Assembly (NCBI GenBank): GCA_031260015.1
Contig: JAIRKR010000010.1
Location: 1-48,719 of the forward strand
Direction: 5' to 3'
Length of the DNA stretch: 48,719 nt
DNA from: Puniceicoccales bacterium
Lineage (GTDB): Bacteria > Verrucomicrobiota > Verrucomicrobiia > Opitutales > UBA9783
Shown here one piece after another: positions 1 through 9,469 of this stretch (position 1 is the first letter of the stretch; every line of letters starts with the position of its first letter). The notes under the pieces are model-generated. The model worked only from the letters and a program-made list of their open reading frames with translations, was not told where the DNA came from and did not search any database. The position numbers were made by a program, and so were the translations under genes.

Positions 1-280
1 GAGATAAAATAAAATGAAGCAAATAATAAATAAACTTCTAAAAACAAGCCTAGTGGCGGTAGGTTTGATGGGTGCGATTACCTTGAACGCCTGGCATTGC
101 AAGGATTGTCAAATGGAACATGGAGGTCGAGTTTGTCCCGTAACGCGGGAGGTAATAGATATGCAGGCATGGTGAGCCCTGGATCCTACTCAATTTCCAG
201 AAGTAGGACGTACGCCCGACGGTCTTCCAGTTTATGGTCCGATCTATAGTCATGGATGTTATAGGGCATCCGATAAAACA

Positions 281-703
281 ATGGTCAAAAAGGTTGGAGA
301 TCAATGGTTATATCGTCTTGAATTGCTTCCTAATTTATTTGCAGGAAAAGGGGGTGAAATTTTTGATAGTAATGGAAAACTTATAGAGCTGGTGGGCACT
401 TTAGCCGATGGGCATAAGGTTTATTTGAAGTCGGCCGATGGGTCGTTGAGTTCTGAAATGTATTTTGCTCTAGGAGATCGTGATAGTCCCAGCCGTACGT
501 CCCCTTACAAAAAATATGTTGGCCTTGAACTTGTCAGGTTACTTTATGGTCATTGGGTATATGAGGGGTATAAGTATTGTTTCACTGAAGATCCCAATAA
601 AGGTGCTTATTTCGATGGTCTTCGGTGGATTGATAAAGAGACGGGCGAGATTTACCATAGTCCAGAAGGGGTACCTCAGGGGTATGAACGTGAAGGTTGG
701 TAA
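281..703 (+). CDS. Hypothetical protein of an uncharacterised secreted family, paralog of 48071..>48719. The frame is open back to 176 and is preceded in frame by a signal-peptide ORF (14..172) that ends at TGA 173-175.
   Basis: ORF track. Manual codon walk shows ATG 14 and ATG 281 are in the same frame, with a single TGA between them. Shares motifs with the terminal ORF (P-VG-T-DG-PV, G-LADG--VY, YFDG--W). Confidence 0.5.
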   Translation: MVKKVGDQWLYRLELLPNLFAGKGGEIFDSNGKLIELVGTLADGHKVYLKSADGSLSSEMYFALGDRDSPSRTSPYKKYVGLELVRLLYGHWVYEGYKYCFTEDPNKGAYFDGLRWIDKETGEIYHSPEGVPQGYEREGW

Positions 704-810
704 GTGGGATTCATTGCCTGTGACTTTTGAGTCTCTAGTTCAGAAATCGAATAAAGTCAGAGGCAATAAGAGACTTCTCCAGGCTTAAAGTATTACATAT
801 GTTTTAAAAC

Positions 811-848
811 GCTACCGATAGGTAGCATTCTTGCCTTTATAGCTCTTA
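811..848 (+). terminator. Hairpin gctacc-gata-ggtagc followed by attcttgcctttatagctctt. Probable terminator of the 281..703 gene.
   Basis: 6-bp stem plus a T-rich tail. 27 of 28 nt after the loop match the sequence downstream of the paralog at 47972-48015 on the opposite strand. Confidence 0.4.
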
Positions 849-1029
849 TTTAAAATGAGAAATACGAGTTTTTGTGGAGATCTTGGGTTCCGATAATTAC
901 TCGTATAAGTATTCACACATAAGTACATACTCACAATCGTAGGGTCTGTTTCGGATGAAGCTTGGACCACTTTGCGATTTTTGTGTTGCACGGGAGAATA
1001 ATTTTATGCATAAAAGCTTTTTAAAGTAC

Positions 1030-1119
1030 GGAGAGGTGACAGAGTGGCCGATTGTGCAGCATTGGAAATGCTGTGTATCCGTAAGGGTACCGAGGGTTCG
1101 ACTCCCTCCTTCTCCGCCA
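1030..1119 (+). tRNA. tRNA-Ser (anticodon GGA), class II with long variable arm, CCA encoded
   Basis: Acceptor GGAGAGG/CTTCTCC. Anticodon stem CAGCA/TGCTG with loop TTGGAAA. T-arm GAGGG-TTCGACT-CCCTC. Discriminator G plus CCA. Confidence 0.93.
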
Positions 1120-1685
1120 ATAAATGGAGAAACTACAATGACGTTTAGCCTGTAAATGTTATTGTATAATAATTGAACACAAAGCCCCCTACATCCCATT
1201 CCAATTGCTGAGTAAGAAGCATTTTAGACGATAGGGCATTGTTTAAATTCCAAGGTAATTTCACTTTGCCTCATAAAAATAAAGTAACGAAGTATGTTTA
1301 GTTATAATGTTGTTTTTAGGAGAAAGTGTTTGTACACGGTAGAAAGAGCAGGACGATGGAGGGTAAACTTGTCGTGAGAAGCCGCATGCAAGTCTTTTGT
1401 TTCGTTTGCCTTGTCTCCTAATCAGCCTGCTGCATTGGAGATAACTAAACGGTAAGATTACGGATAGGAGCTCAAAAGCATCTTGCTCTGCTGGAAAATA
1501 TTGTGGTGCGCATCCCCAATAGGGTTGTTAAAGTAGCGCAGTGATTGTTTTCTCCTAAAACATTTTTTCGCATTACGGTTTACAACAACAATGCATCTGT
1601 TTTCTCTCAAGACGGTAAGATGATATCATTACAAGTTTGGGTTAAAGTGATAGCCTAGAGGGTTAACCTTCATCTCCTACGTATA

Positions 1686-1711
1686 AAAAGCTAAAAACTG
1701 TATCAATACAG
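1686..1711 (-). terminator. Weak intrinsic terminator candidate downstream of prmC
   Basis: On the minus strand, CTGTA-TTGA-TACAG is followed by TTTTTAGCTTTTT, 20 nt after the prmC stop. The stem is only 5 bp. Confidence 0.3.
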
Positions 1712-1730
1712 AGCCCGTAAAGATAAATTT

Positions 1731-2570
1731 CTACAACCAAGCCCAGAAAAAACGTTCCCTTTTATGCAGATCGAGCGTTGTTTTTGCGTCCCTGTAGCCG
1801 CATTTTTTTGCAAAAGAGTGCAAATAATCATGCTGATCCATACCTGTTTCCAAAACGATATATCCATGCGGACTAAGATGCCGTATCCCTTGGTGAAGTA
1901 ATTTTTTTATGTCAGCCAATCCATTGTCCTTTGAAACCAAGGCATGTTTGGGTTCAAAACATTTGACTTCGGGTTGAGCCGACATCCATTCTTGTTCCGT
2001 TAAGTACGGAGGATTGGAAATAATGCAGTCGAAATGATGAGGAATTTTTTCGAACCAATCGGAATGTAAAAATTGAATTTTATGCGCCACGCGATTGAGG
2101 GTTGCATTTTCGATAGCCAAATACAACGCATCCGCATGCGCATCACTGGCGGTCATGTCTACGTGAGGAAATAGGGAAACTAAGGTAATGGCGATGGCCC
2201 CACTGCCTGTGCCCAAATCTATCACTCGTTTGGGAGGCGTATTCTCCCAATGTTCGCTCAGTTGATGAATGAGCTCTTCGGTTTCGGGCCTGGGAATGAG
2301 GACACGTGTGTCTACTTTAATGTGCTGACCATAGAAATCAACGGATTCAAGGATGTATTGCAGGGGATGCTTTTGTGCGCGTAGCTTTGCATACGTGCGC
2401 AAAACATCTGCCTGTTTTGGGGTCAACGGTTTATCGTAATTTAAAAAAAGATCTAAACGTTTACACCCGAGAACGTAGGCAATCAACAATTCTGCATCCA
2501 CATGCGCATTCTCAATGCCCTGCTTGTGGAAAAACTGAGTCAAAGTGTTTAAAATTTCGCCAACACGCAT
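1731..2570 (-). CDS. prmC: Peptide chain release factor N5-glutamine methyltransferase (HemK/PrmC)
   Basis: 279 aa. SAM-binding DLGTGSGAIA and catalytic IISNPPY motifs. Confidence 0.9.
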   Translation of the reverse strand: MRVGEILNTLTQFFHKQGIENAHVDAELLIAYVLGCKRLDLFLNYDKPLTPKQADVLRTYAKLRAQKHPLQYILESVDFYGQHIKVDTRVLIPRPETEELIHQLSEHWENTPPKRVIDLGTGSGAIAITLVSLFPHVDMTASDAHADALYLAIENATLNRVAHKIQFLHSDWFEKIPHHFDCIISNPPYLTEQEWMSAQPEVKCFEPKHALVSKDNGLADIKKLLHQGIRHLSPHGYIVLETGMDQHDYLHSFAKKCGYRDAKTTLDLHKRERFFWAWL

Positions 2571-2635
2571 GCGAACATTTTTAAAAGTAAAATGTAATTA
2601 AAAATTACCTGCCAACGATGGTGAAATAATCAAAA

Positions 2636-2869
2636 TTAAACGACCTTTTCAACAAGGCCTGCCTTAATGGCTTTAACGCTTACCCAAACACGTTTTATTT
2701 GACCCTTTGGCAGTTTAATTTTAATCTTTTGTAAATTGGGTTTGAAAATTCTTATAACCTTCTTTGTTACGTGTGTACCAATACCGCCACTTTTTTTCGA
2801 TTGTCCCTTTCGGCTGATCCGAGACCCGACTACTCGCTTTTTTTGAGTAATATAACAAATGCGCGACAT
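2636..2869 (-). CDS. rpmB: 50S ribosomal protein L28
   Basis: 77 aa basic protein with the typical L28 N-terminus, MSRICYITQKK..G..IS....K. Confidence 0.92.
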   Translation of the reverse strand: MSRICYITQKKRVVGSRISRKGQSKKSGGIGTHVTKKVIRIFKPNLQKIKIKLPKGQIKRVWVSVKAIKAGLVEKVV

Positions 2870-3038
2870 ATAAAAATTCTATTCGGCCACTACCCTAAAA
2901 AAGTACGGTACGGGAGTGCAAGGTTTTTTTGAATGTTTTTACACACAAGAAGGTCCAGGCGTTGTTTGCAATCGTACAACTTACAAAAAAGCATTATTTA
3001 TGTGGACGAAATAGGGGGAGCTGATTGAATGGAGGAAT

Positions 3039-6000
3039 ATGACGGGAGGCTCCAAGCAATTTGTCCATTTGCACGTACATTCCGATTACAGTTTGTTGGA
3101 TGGTGCATGCCGTGTGGATCGCTTATTGAAGCGTGCCCGTGAGCTTGCAATGCCCGCCCTAGCCATCACCGACCACGGTAATCTATTTGGGGTGCCTCAA
3201 TTCTACAAAACGGCTCTGGATATGGGCATAAAGCCTTTGCTGGGATGTGAAGCCTATTTGCTGTACGAAGGTTCGCGTTTGGAGAAGAGACGCGATCAAG
3301 GGGAAGAAAATTTAAAACTGGCGCATACGTGCCTGATTGCCAAAGATTGGGCGGGTTACCAAAATTTAACAAAACTTATATCCGATGCTCACGTCCATGG
3401 TTTTTACTACAAACCCCGAACGGATATGGAACAATTGGCGCGACATGCCAAAGGACTCATTGCAACCTCAGGGTGTCTCAATGGTATACTGCCTCAATTC
3501 TTGTTGCGCAATGAATTTGGAAAAGCGAAAAAAGCGCTGGGAGAATTTATTGATATTTTTGGCAGAGAAAATTTTTTCGTCGAAGTTCAAAATCAAGGCA
3601 TGCCCGAGCAGGTCGAACAAATTCCACAGTTATTGGATTTGGCTAAAGTATGCGGAGTGCGGTGTGTGGCGACCAATGATGTGCATTACGTATATCCGGA
3701 AGATTGGGAAGCGCAGGATGCCCTTTTATGCATTCAGACGGGCAGCAAAATTAAAGATGTGCAGCGTATGCGTATGCCAACACGCCAGTTTTATCTAAAA
3801 TCTAGGCAAGAGATGGAGCAAGCCTTCAAAGGTAATGAAGAGGTATTGGACAACACGCTGCAGGTAGCTGAAATGTGCGACGTTAAGTTACCTTTTGGAG
3901 AAAGTCATTACCCGGTATTTCACCTAACGGATGAACTGCGGGAGAAATATGGCAGTCGTTTGGCTTTATTTAAAGGTTTGTGTACGGAAGGTTTGGTGAA
4001 GCGTTACGGTATTCATTTTGAAACGGGTTCTGGACCCAATGTGCACGGATTGAGTGCGCAAGAAGTTATTGAGCGATTGAAATATGAATGGCACATCATT
4101 GAAGAAGCGGGCTTCATAGATTATTTTCTCATCGTCTGGGACTTCATTCATTGGGCCAAACAACAAGGCATTTCCGTAGGTCCTGGACGTGGATCCGTGG
4201 CAGGCTCCCTCGTGGCGTACGTTTTAATGATTACGGACACGGACCCCATACGCTTTAATCTATTATTTGAACGTTTCTTGAATCCAGAGCGCGTATCGCC
4301 TCCCGATATAGATGTTGACTTTTGCATGCGTCGTAGGGAAGAAGTCATCGAATACGTTCGGAAGACGTATGGAGAATCCAACGTAAGTAACATCATCACG
4401 TTTGGTACTTTGGGGGCGAAAATGGTCGTAAGGGATTTAGCACGTGTGCATGATGTCCCTTATAGTGAAGCCGACCGGTGGTCAAAGATGATTCCGGATG
4501 ATTTAAAAATTACTCTGTCATCGGCGTTGGAAAAATCATACGAGTTAAAACAGGAAATCAATACAAATCCTCTGGCCGAGAAAATATTTACCGAGGGTCA
4601 AATTTTAGAAGGTGTGGTTCGCAATTCTGGAACGCATGCGTGCGGTATAATCATTGGGGATAAGCCCTTGCCCGAAATTGTTCCCGTAACGATGCAGGAA
4701 GGGGCTTTAACGACGCAGTATTCTAAGGAATTTGTGGAATCATTGGGGCTTCTAAAGATGGATTTTTTGGGGCTTAAAACGTTGACGATTATCGATGATG
4801 CACAGTGTTTCATTCGAGCATTACCCGAGTTTAAAGAATTTGATATCCATTCCATTCCATTTGATGATGCAAATACTTTCAAGATGCTGAATGCGGGTGA
4901 AACCATCGGGGTATTTCAATTGGAATCACCGTTTGTACAGCGTATTTGCCAGCAATTCGAAATGAGTTCCATCGACGAAATTAGTGCCCTGAGCGCCCTC
5001 AATCGCCCTGGACCCATGGAGTGGATACCCGATTACGTCAATGGCAAAAAGCACCCCGAGGAGATTCATTACGTACATCCGTTATTGGAACCCATTTGTC
5101 GCAAGACGTATGGCGTTTTGGTATTCCAAGAACAGGTGATGGAAGCTGCACGGGTCATTGCGGGCTACAGTCTTGGCGGTGCAGATATTTTACGTCGCGC
5201 TATGGGCAAAAAAAAAGTGGACGTGATGCATGCGCAGCGGGCAGTTTTTGTCGAAGGAGCCTGGAGGTATCACGGTATCAATGAAGCAAAAGCCAATGAA
5301 ATTTTTGACATTTTGGCCAAATTCGCCGGTTATGGATTCAATAAGTCGCACTCGGATGCGTATGCCATTATCATTTACCAGACAGCTTATTTAAAAGCCA
5401 ATTTCCCTACACAGTACATGGCGGCTATTTTGTCTTCGGAACTCGGAAATGCGGATAAGTTATCATTTTTTATAGAAAACTGTCGATCTTCTTTGGGAAT
5501 TGAAATTTTGGGTCCGGATATCAATGAATCTGAAGATGCGTTCAGTCCTATTACGCATACCCATAAAAGGCAAATTCGATTTGGTTTGGCGGCTATTAAA
5601 GGGGTTGGCGATGGGGTTGCAAAGTGTATTCTGGAAGAACGTAGCATGCGTGGACTTTTTAAATCATTTGTTGATTTTGCCAAACGTGTGGATGCGAAAG
5701 CTTTGAATAAACGCGTCGTTGAATGTTTAATAAAGGCAGGAGCCTTTGATGGCCTCCAAGAGGGTCGGCGTTACCTTTTGGATCATATGGATAGTCTCCT
5801 CAAAGAAGCATCTGTGGCCCAGATAGACCGCAACAAAGGTCAAACAACTTTGTTTGATTTTGACGGCATGGAAACCCGTTTATTGCCGGAACAAATAGCC
5901 TCTATGCCACGAGCTTCGGGTGAAAAATACGTACGTGAAATGCCACTTTTTGAGCAACTTAACTATGAACGAGAACTTTTAGGATTTTACCTATCGGGTC

Positions 6001-6635
6001 ATCCTTTGGATGCATTGGAGGGTGTTGAAAAGATTTTTCAAACATTTCAATTGGAAGAATGGCCTCTTGTACCCAATGGCGAAAGCTTTCGTTTATGCGG
6101 CGTTGTGGAAGAAGTGCATAAGCGTATCTCCAAGAAAACAAATCGGCCTTGGTTATCTTTTTCTTTATCCACAAGAGAAGCTCGATACGATTTGCAGCTA
6201 TTTTCGGATACTTTTGACACCTACGCGCATTGCGTACAGGAGAGTACTTTGCTCATCGTCGAAGGACAGGTAAAAAAGACATCGGACGGTTATCAGCTTA
6301 ACACGCTGCGCGTATTTAATTTTGAACAGCAATTCCCCCATTTCATTCAGCAGTGTCATTGGATTTTGTTTCCTGAGCGGGAAGTACAAGATTTTATAGA
6401 ATGTTTGTCGAAATTAATACACGAAAAAGAGGGCGATATGGAAATGAAGGTGAGTTTTTACCATGATGGAGAGTATGCATTGGAAGGTGCTTTGCCCGCG
6501 TGTTGTAGAACTTATTTATCGATGAAAGACTTGAAAGTACTCAAAATGCATCCGGCGGTTTATGGGGTTGAAATTATACCCATGGATATTGCCCCCTTCC
6601 CCAAGAAAGATTTTAAGAGGGGGAAATTGGCATAA
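3039..6635 (+). CDS. dnaE: DNA polymerase III subunit alpha
   Basis: 1198 aa. N-terminal PHP domain ([13 protein letters not shown]), polymerase core motifs ([20 protein letters not shown]) and an OB-fold C-terminus. Confidence 0.97.
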   Translation: MTGGSKQFVHLHVHSDYSLLDGACRVDRLLKRARELAMPALAITDHGNLFGVPQFYKTALDMGIKPLLGCEAYLLYEGSRLEKRRDQGEENLKLAHTCLIAKDWAGYQNLTKLISDAHVHGFYYKPRTDMEQLARHAKGLIATSGCLNGILPQFLLRNEFGKAKKALGEFIDIFGRENFFVEVQNQGMPEQVEQIPQLLDLAKVCGVRCVATNDVHYVYPEDWEAQDALLCIQTGSKIKDVQRMRMPTRQFYLKSRQEMEQAFKGNEEVLDNTLQVAEMCDVKLPFGESHYPVFHLTDELREKYGSRLALFKGLCTEGLVKRYGIHFETGSGPNVHGLSAQEVIERLKYEWHIIEEAGFIDYFLIVWDFIHWAKQQGISVGPGRGSVAGSLVAYVLMITDTDPIRFNLLFERFLNPERVSPPDIDVDFCMRRREEVIEYVRKTYGESNVSNIITFGTLGAKMVVRDLARVHDVPYSEADRWSKMIPDDLKITLSSALEKSYELKQEINTNPLAEKIFTEGQILEGVVRNSGTHACGIIIGDKPLPEIVPVTMQEGALTTQYSKEFVESLGLLKMDFLGLKTLTIIDDAQCFIRALPEFKEFDIHSIPFDDANTFKMLNAGETIGVFQLESPFVQRICQQFEMSSIDEISALSALNRPGPMEWIPDYVNGKKHPEEIHYVHPLLEPICRKTYGVLVFQEQVMEAARVIAGYSLGGADILRRAMGKKKVDVMHAQRAVFVEGAWRYHGINEAKANEIFDILAKFAGYGFNKSHSDAYAIIIYQTAYLKANFPTQYMAAILSSELGNADKLSFFIENCRSSLGIEILGPDINESEDAFSPITHTHKRQIRFGLAAIKGVGDGVAKCILEERSMRGLFKSFVDFAKRVDAKALNKRVVECLIKAGAFDGLQEGRRYLLDHMDSLLKEASVAQIDRNKGQTTLFDFDGMETRLLPEQIASMPRASGEKYVREMPLFEQLNYERELLGFYLSGHPLDALEGVEKIFQTFQLEEWPLVPNGESFRLCGVVEEVHKRISKKTNRPWLSFSLSTREARYDLQLFSDTFDTYAHCVQESTLLIVEGQVKKTSDGYQLNTLRVFNFEQQFPHFIQQCHWILFPEREVQDFIECLSKLIHEKEGDMEMKVSFYHDGEYALEGALPACCRTYLSMKDLKVLKMHPAVYGVEIIPMDIAPFPKKDFKRGKLA

Positions 6636-6708
6636 CGTTGATAAAGGTTATTATATATCTAAACGGTAAAAGTGCAAGATGCCGCCGAGCTTTTGTACGT
6701 CCGCTCAA

Positions 6709-6996
6709 TTACCATGGATCTATTTCATTGAAAGAATTGTAGTCAACTTCCCAAATGGCGTCCGGAGATGTTTTTTTTAGATCATTGGGGTTGGCTTTGC
6801 TATTGGTGTTGGACGATGTAGTCTTTTGAGTTGAGATATTATCTAAATATTCATCAATATTGAATACATCCCGTGAGATTACAGCCGACATATTTTCTAG
6901 AGGGTTTTTAGCGTCTTGCGTGTTGGTGGCATAGGCTTGCAATGCAAGTCCGCTTGCAAGAACAAAGATTGTTTTTAACAGGTATTGAGGTGTCAT
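6709..6996 (-). CDS. Small hypothetical secreted protein
   Basis: 95 aa. N-terminal signal-like segment (LLKTIFVLASGLALQAYA). No recognisable domain. Confidence 0.45.
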   Translation of the reverse strand: MTPQYLLKTIFVLASGLALQAYATNTQDAKNPLENMSAVISRDVFNIDEYLDNISTQKTTSSNTNSKANPNDLKKTSPDAIWEVDYNSFNEIDPW

Positions 6997-7264
6997 TTTT
7001 TTGCAAGGTACGTAAAACTATAATAATTTTAATACATATTTTTACAAGCTATTTTTATGCCAAAAGTAGTACTTATAAGCTATAGATCCGCCAACGGTAT
7101 TCTTTTTGCAAGGTGACTGTTTTAATTAAAAAGAGGGGCAGGGAAAAAATTACTTTGCAAAATGAAAAAATTGCCAGGGAAATTGTCTTATGCCTCAAAA
7201 TATGGCACCCCAAGCAATCCTCTTTAGCATTTATTTCGGGTCAAAAGTGAATGCAAGTTGTAAA

Positions 7265-8062
7265 TTACGTTTCGATAATTGCAATACGTTCAATGTAGGT
7301 AGCCCGTCCATTGGTTGCGTTGAATTTCACCCATACTCCATTGAGCATAGAGGGGCCTGTCGCCACCTCAAAGCGAGTTGGCTTCCCGCACATGAGTCTC
7401 TCCATGGCAGGTTCGATGCGGAACCCCAAAATCCCATGTGCGGCTCCACACATACCCAAATCAGCTATGAAAGCTGTACTTTGGTGCATCAAGTGTGCAT
7501 CTGCAGTTTGTACATGGGTGTGCGTGCCCAAAACACTCGTAACGGCACGTTTGTTTAGAAACCAACCGAGTGCGTATTTTTCGGCCGTTGTTTCGGCGTG
7601 GACATCTGCAATGATATTACGTATACCCTGAGCTTTTATTTCTTCTAAAATTTTTTCGGCCGTTTTAAACGGACAATCTAGGGGTATATTCATGAAATTA
7701 CGACCTAGAAGGCCAAAAAGAGCCACCTTAATGTTTTGATTTTCAACAACCACATAAGTCTTTCCAGGACACGTTTCAGGTAAATTGGCGGGCCTGCAGA
7801 GGTAATCTATGCGATCAATTTCATTCCAGAAACCCTTTTGGTCCCAAATATGGTTTCCCATGGAAATTCCGTGAATACCCGATCGTGTGATCTCTTCTGC
7901 GATGGGGTGTGTTATGCCAAAACCTCCGGCGGCATTTTCGCCATTGGCAAAAACGAATGTCGGATGATATTGAGCTCGAAGTTTGGGTAAATACTTTGCG
8001 AGGAAAGTTCTTCCGGGACATCCCACAATGTCACCAAAGTACAGAAAACTTAACTCATGCAT
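7265..8062 (-). CDS. ymdB: YmdB-family metallophosphoesterase (2',3'-cyclic-nucleotide 2'-phosphodiesterase-like)
   Basis: 265 aa, collinear with B. subtilis YmdB motifs: FxGDIVGxPGR, NGENAAGG, MGNHxWD, HAETTAEK, GTHTHVQTAD. Confidence 0.88.
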   Translation of the reverse strand: MHELSFLYFGDIVGCPGRTFLAKYLPKLRAQYHPTFVFANGENAAGGFGITHPIAEEITRSGIHGISMGNHIWDQKGFWNEIDRIDYLCRPANLPETCPGKTYVVVENQNIKVALFGLLGRNFMNIPLDCPFKTAEKILEEIKAQGIRNIIADVHAETTAEKYALGWFLNKRAVTSVLGTHTHVQTADAHLMHQSTAFIADLGMCGAAHGILGFRIEPAMERLMCGKPTRFEVATGPSMLNGVWVKFNATNGRATYIERIAIIET

Positions 8063-8140
8063 ATTTTAGTACTTTCAATTTTCGTTCTACGACAATATTA
8101 AGCGCAGCTCCTCGGCAATAATACGAGTATAAAATCACCC

Positions 8141-8216
8141 TGGTGGGCCCTGTAGGATTCGAACCTACGACCAAAGGATTATGAGTCCTCTGCTCTAACC
8201 GCTGAGCTAAGAGCCC
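8141..8216 (-). tRNA. tRNA with CAT anticodon, most likely tRNA-Ile2 (lysidine) rather than elongator Met. CCA encoded.
   Basis: Reverse complement is GGGCTCTTAGCTCAGCGGTTAGAGCAGAGGACTCATAATCCTTTGGTCGTAGGTTCGAATCCTACAGGGCCCACCA. Body and anticodon arm closely resemble E. coli ileX as I recall it. Confidence 0.9.
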
Positions 8217-8411
8217 ATAGAAAATTCCAACAGACGTCCTTACTAAAATGCAAATTTTTTGAAACAACAAGCTTTTTTATAGGTTTATTGCGTTTGCCTT
8301 GAAAGACTACGTATAAGCATAGGACGTTTGTTTTAATTGGATAAAATAGTTAAAATGCATTCATTTTTTCTTGTGATGGATGCCGCTAGAAGTTTTTCTA
8401 AGAAAGGCGCC

Positions 8412-8501
8412 GGAGAGATGGCAGAGTGGACGATTGTTCCTGACTCGAAATCAGGTGTGGAGGTAACTCCACCGAGGGTTCGAATCCCTCTCTCTCCGCC
8501 A
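8412..8501 (+). tRNA. tRNA-Ser (anticodon CGA), long variable arm, CCA encoded
   Basis: Acceptor GGAGAGA/TCTCTCC. Anticodon stem CCTGA/TCAGG with loop CTCGAAA. T-arm GAGGG-TTCGAAT-CCCTC. Confidence 0.93.
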
Positions 8502-8701
8502 GAAATGTTGGGGTGGATGCACTTCGGGAAATTTTTTTGATGGCTTGGAATCGTTAGTTTCTGAAGGCTTTCGAAGTTTACCTGCAGGTTTTGCGATTTC
8601 CTCAATCATTGTCGATGTATGACTAAGCGTATGGAGTAATGGAGTTAAGTTGTTACTGGCAAAAAACAAATTGGACCCTAGACGAAATTAGTTGGATATT
8701 T

Positions 8702-9469
8702 ATGAAGTATTTTTTATATATGCTAGCTGTCACAATAGTGATGGTTGTGTTAGCCGCTATCTATATGCATTCACAAAAATTTGGTCGTATTTCAAGTGGT
8801 ATTCGTTTGGAAAAAATTCAAAAGTCCACAAACTATAAAAACAGAAAATTTCAAAATATCTACAAACTTCGCGCGGATACTCCGACGTGCAAACTAAACG
8901 CGTATAAAAAATTGTTCGGTATTATTGGCAAATTCATTGCCCGTAAAAATGATATTAGTATACCTAGCATCAAGACAGATTTAATGAATCTAAACAAAAA
9001 TGAAGACATTCTGGTGTGGTTTGGACATTCTTCATATTTTATACAAATCGAAGGGAAACGCATAGCCGTCGATCCTGTATTAAGCGATGTTTCATCGCCG
9101 ATTCTCTTCTTCCCGGTTGCATTTCGGGGAACCCATGTGTACACCGCAACCGAAATACCAGAACTTGATTATCTGATCATCACCCACGATCACTGGGATC
9201 ATCTGGATTATGAAACGGTAACGAAATTAAAGGCGAAGCAAATAATTTGTCCACTTGGCGTTGGAGCTCATTTCGAGCATTGGGGATTCGCCCAGTCTAA
9301 ACTATTGGAGATGGACTGGTATGATGAGGTCAAACTAGAGGACGGATTCCGCATTATATGTTGTCCAACCCAGCATTTTTCAGGACGAGGTTTTACACGT
9401 AACAAATCTCTGTGGGGCGCATTTTTGCTTATATTTTCCAGCGTAAAACACTTATCTATTTTCTACTGA
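8702..9469 (+). CDS. MBL-fold metallo-hydrolase (NAPE-PLD-like family), apparently truncated at the 3' end
   Basis: N-terminal TM helix and HxHxDH motif (ITHDHWDHLD). The frame ends in non-conserved residues (..WGAFLLIFSSVKHLSIFY*) where family members normally continue for roughly 100 aa more. The stop lies inside the convergent ankyrin gene. The ORF track starts at 8639; ATG 8702 is more plausible. Confidence 0.65.
   Translation: MKYFLYMLAVTIVMVVLAAIYMHSQKFGRISSGIRLEKIQKSTNYKNRKFQNIYKLRADTPTCKLNAYKKLFGIIGKFIARKNDISIPSIKTDLMNLNKNEDILVWFGHSSYFIQIEGKRIAVDPVLSDVSSPILFFPVAFRGTHVYTATEIPELDYLIITHDHWDHLDYETVTKLKAKQIICPLGVGAHFEHWGFAQSKLLEMDWYDEVKLEDGFRIICCPTQHFSGRGFTRNKSLWGAFLLIFSSVKHLSIFY

Noticed and set aside
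173-175. Genome-wide reassignment of TGA (code 4 or 25) as the explanation for the in-frame TGA.
   Set aside because: TGA clearly terminates well-aligned genes here, for example flavodoxin (13627-13629), glgX (18300-18302), batD (34935-34937) and mreC (42876-42878). Any recoding would have to be local.
897-1199. ORFs overlapping tRNA genes: 897..1199 and 955..1155 over tRNA-Ser(GGA), and 8055..8270, 8333..8605, 8337..8540 and 8451..8669 over the tRNA pair.
   Set aside because: The cloverleaf tRNA structures explain the sequence, so the ORFs are artefacts.
1341-1349. A shared AGAAAGAGC 9-mer plus loose similarity between the spacer at 1341-1400 and the reverse complement of 47734-47742, which hinted at a second copy of the candidate RNA.
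   Set aside because: One or two exact 9-mers are expected by chance between two ~700-nt regions, and the flanking alignment needs many gaps. It is not significant without a formal test.
6165-6173. Perfect DnaA-box 9-mers (TTATCCACA) at 6165-6173 and 13435-13443, and the reverse complement at 16381-16389, as a possible origin of replication.
   Set aside because: They are scattered over 10 kb, each lies inside a coding sequence, and none is clustered or next to an AT-rich unwinding region.
3166-6389. About a dozen 60-102 codon ORFs inside dnaE, on the opposite strand or in alternate frames (for example 4598..4906 and 5387..5683).
   Set aside because: They lie entirely inside a well-supported 1198-aa gene, have no recognisable motifs, and have lengths expected by chance.
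6997-7160. A recurring tttgcaagg/tttgcaaaa motif (three copies) in the spacer upstream of the 95-aa gene, considered as operator repeats.
   Set aside because: The motif is short, AT-rich and irregularly spaced, and I could not build a coherent -35/-10 arrangement on the relevant minus strand.
7190-7631. ORFs 7190..7558 and 7311..7631, antisense to the ymdB-like gene. The same kind of ORF occurs antisense to mreB (41644..42033), antisense to SNF2 (21726..22067), in an alternate frame of the M24 peptidase (37002..37478), and at 30052..30552 spanning the DUF4381-like/batA junction.
   Set aside because: They are shadow ORFs of strongly supported genes. Their translations are low-complexity or Cys/Arg-rich and carry no family signature.
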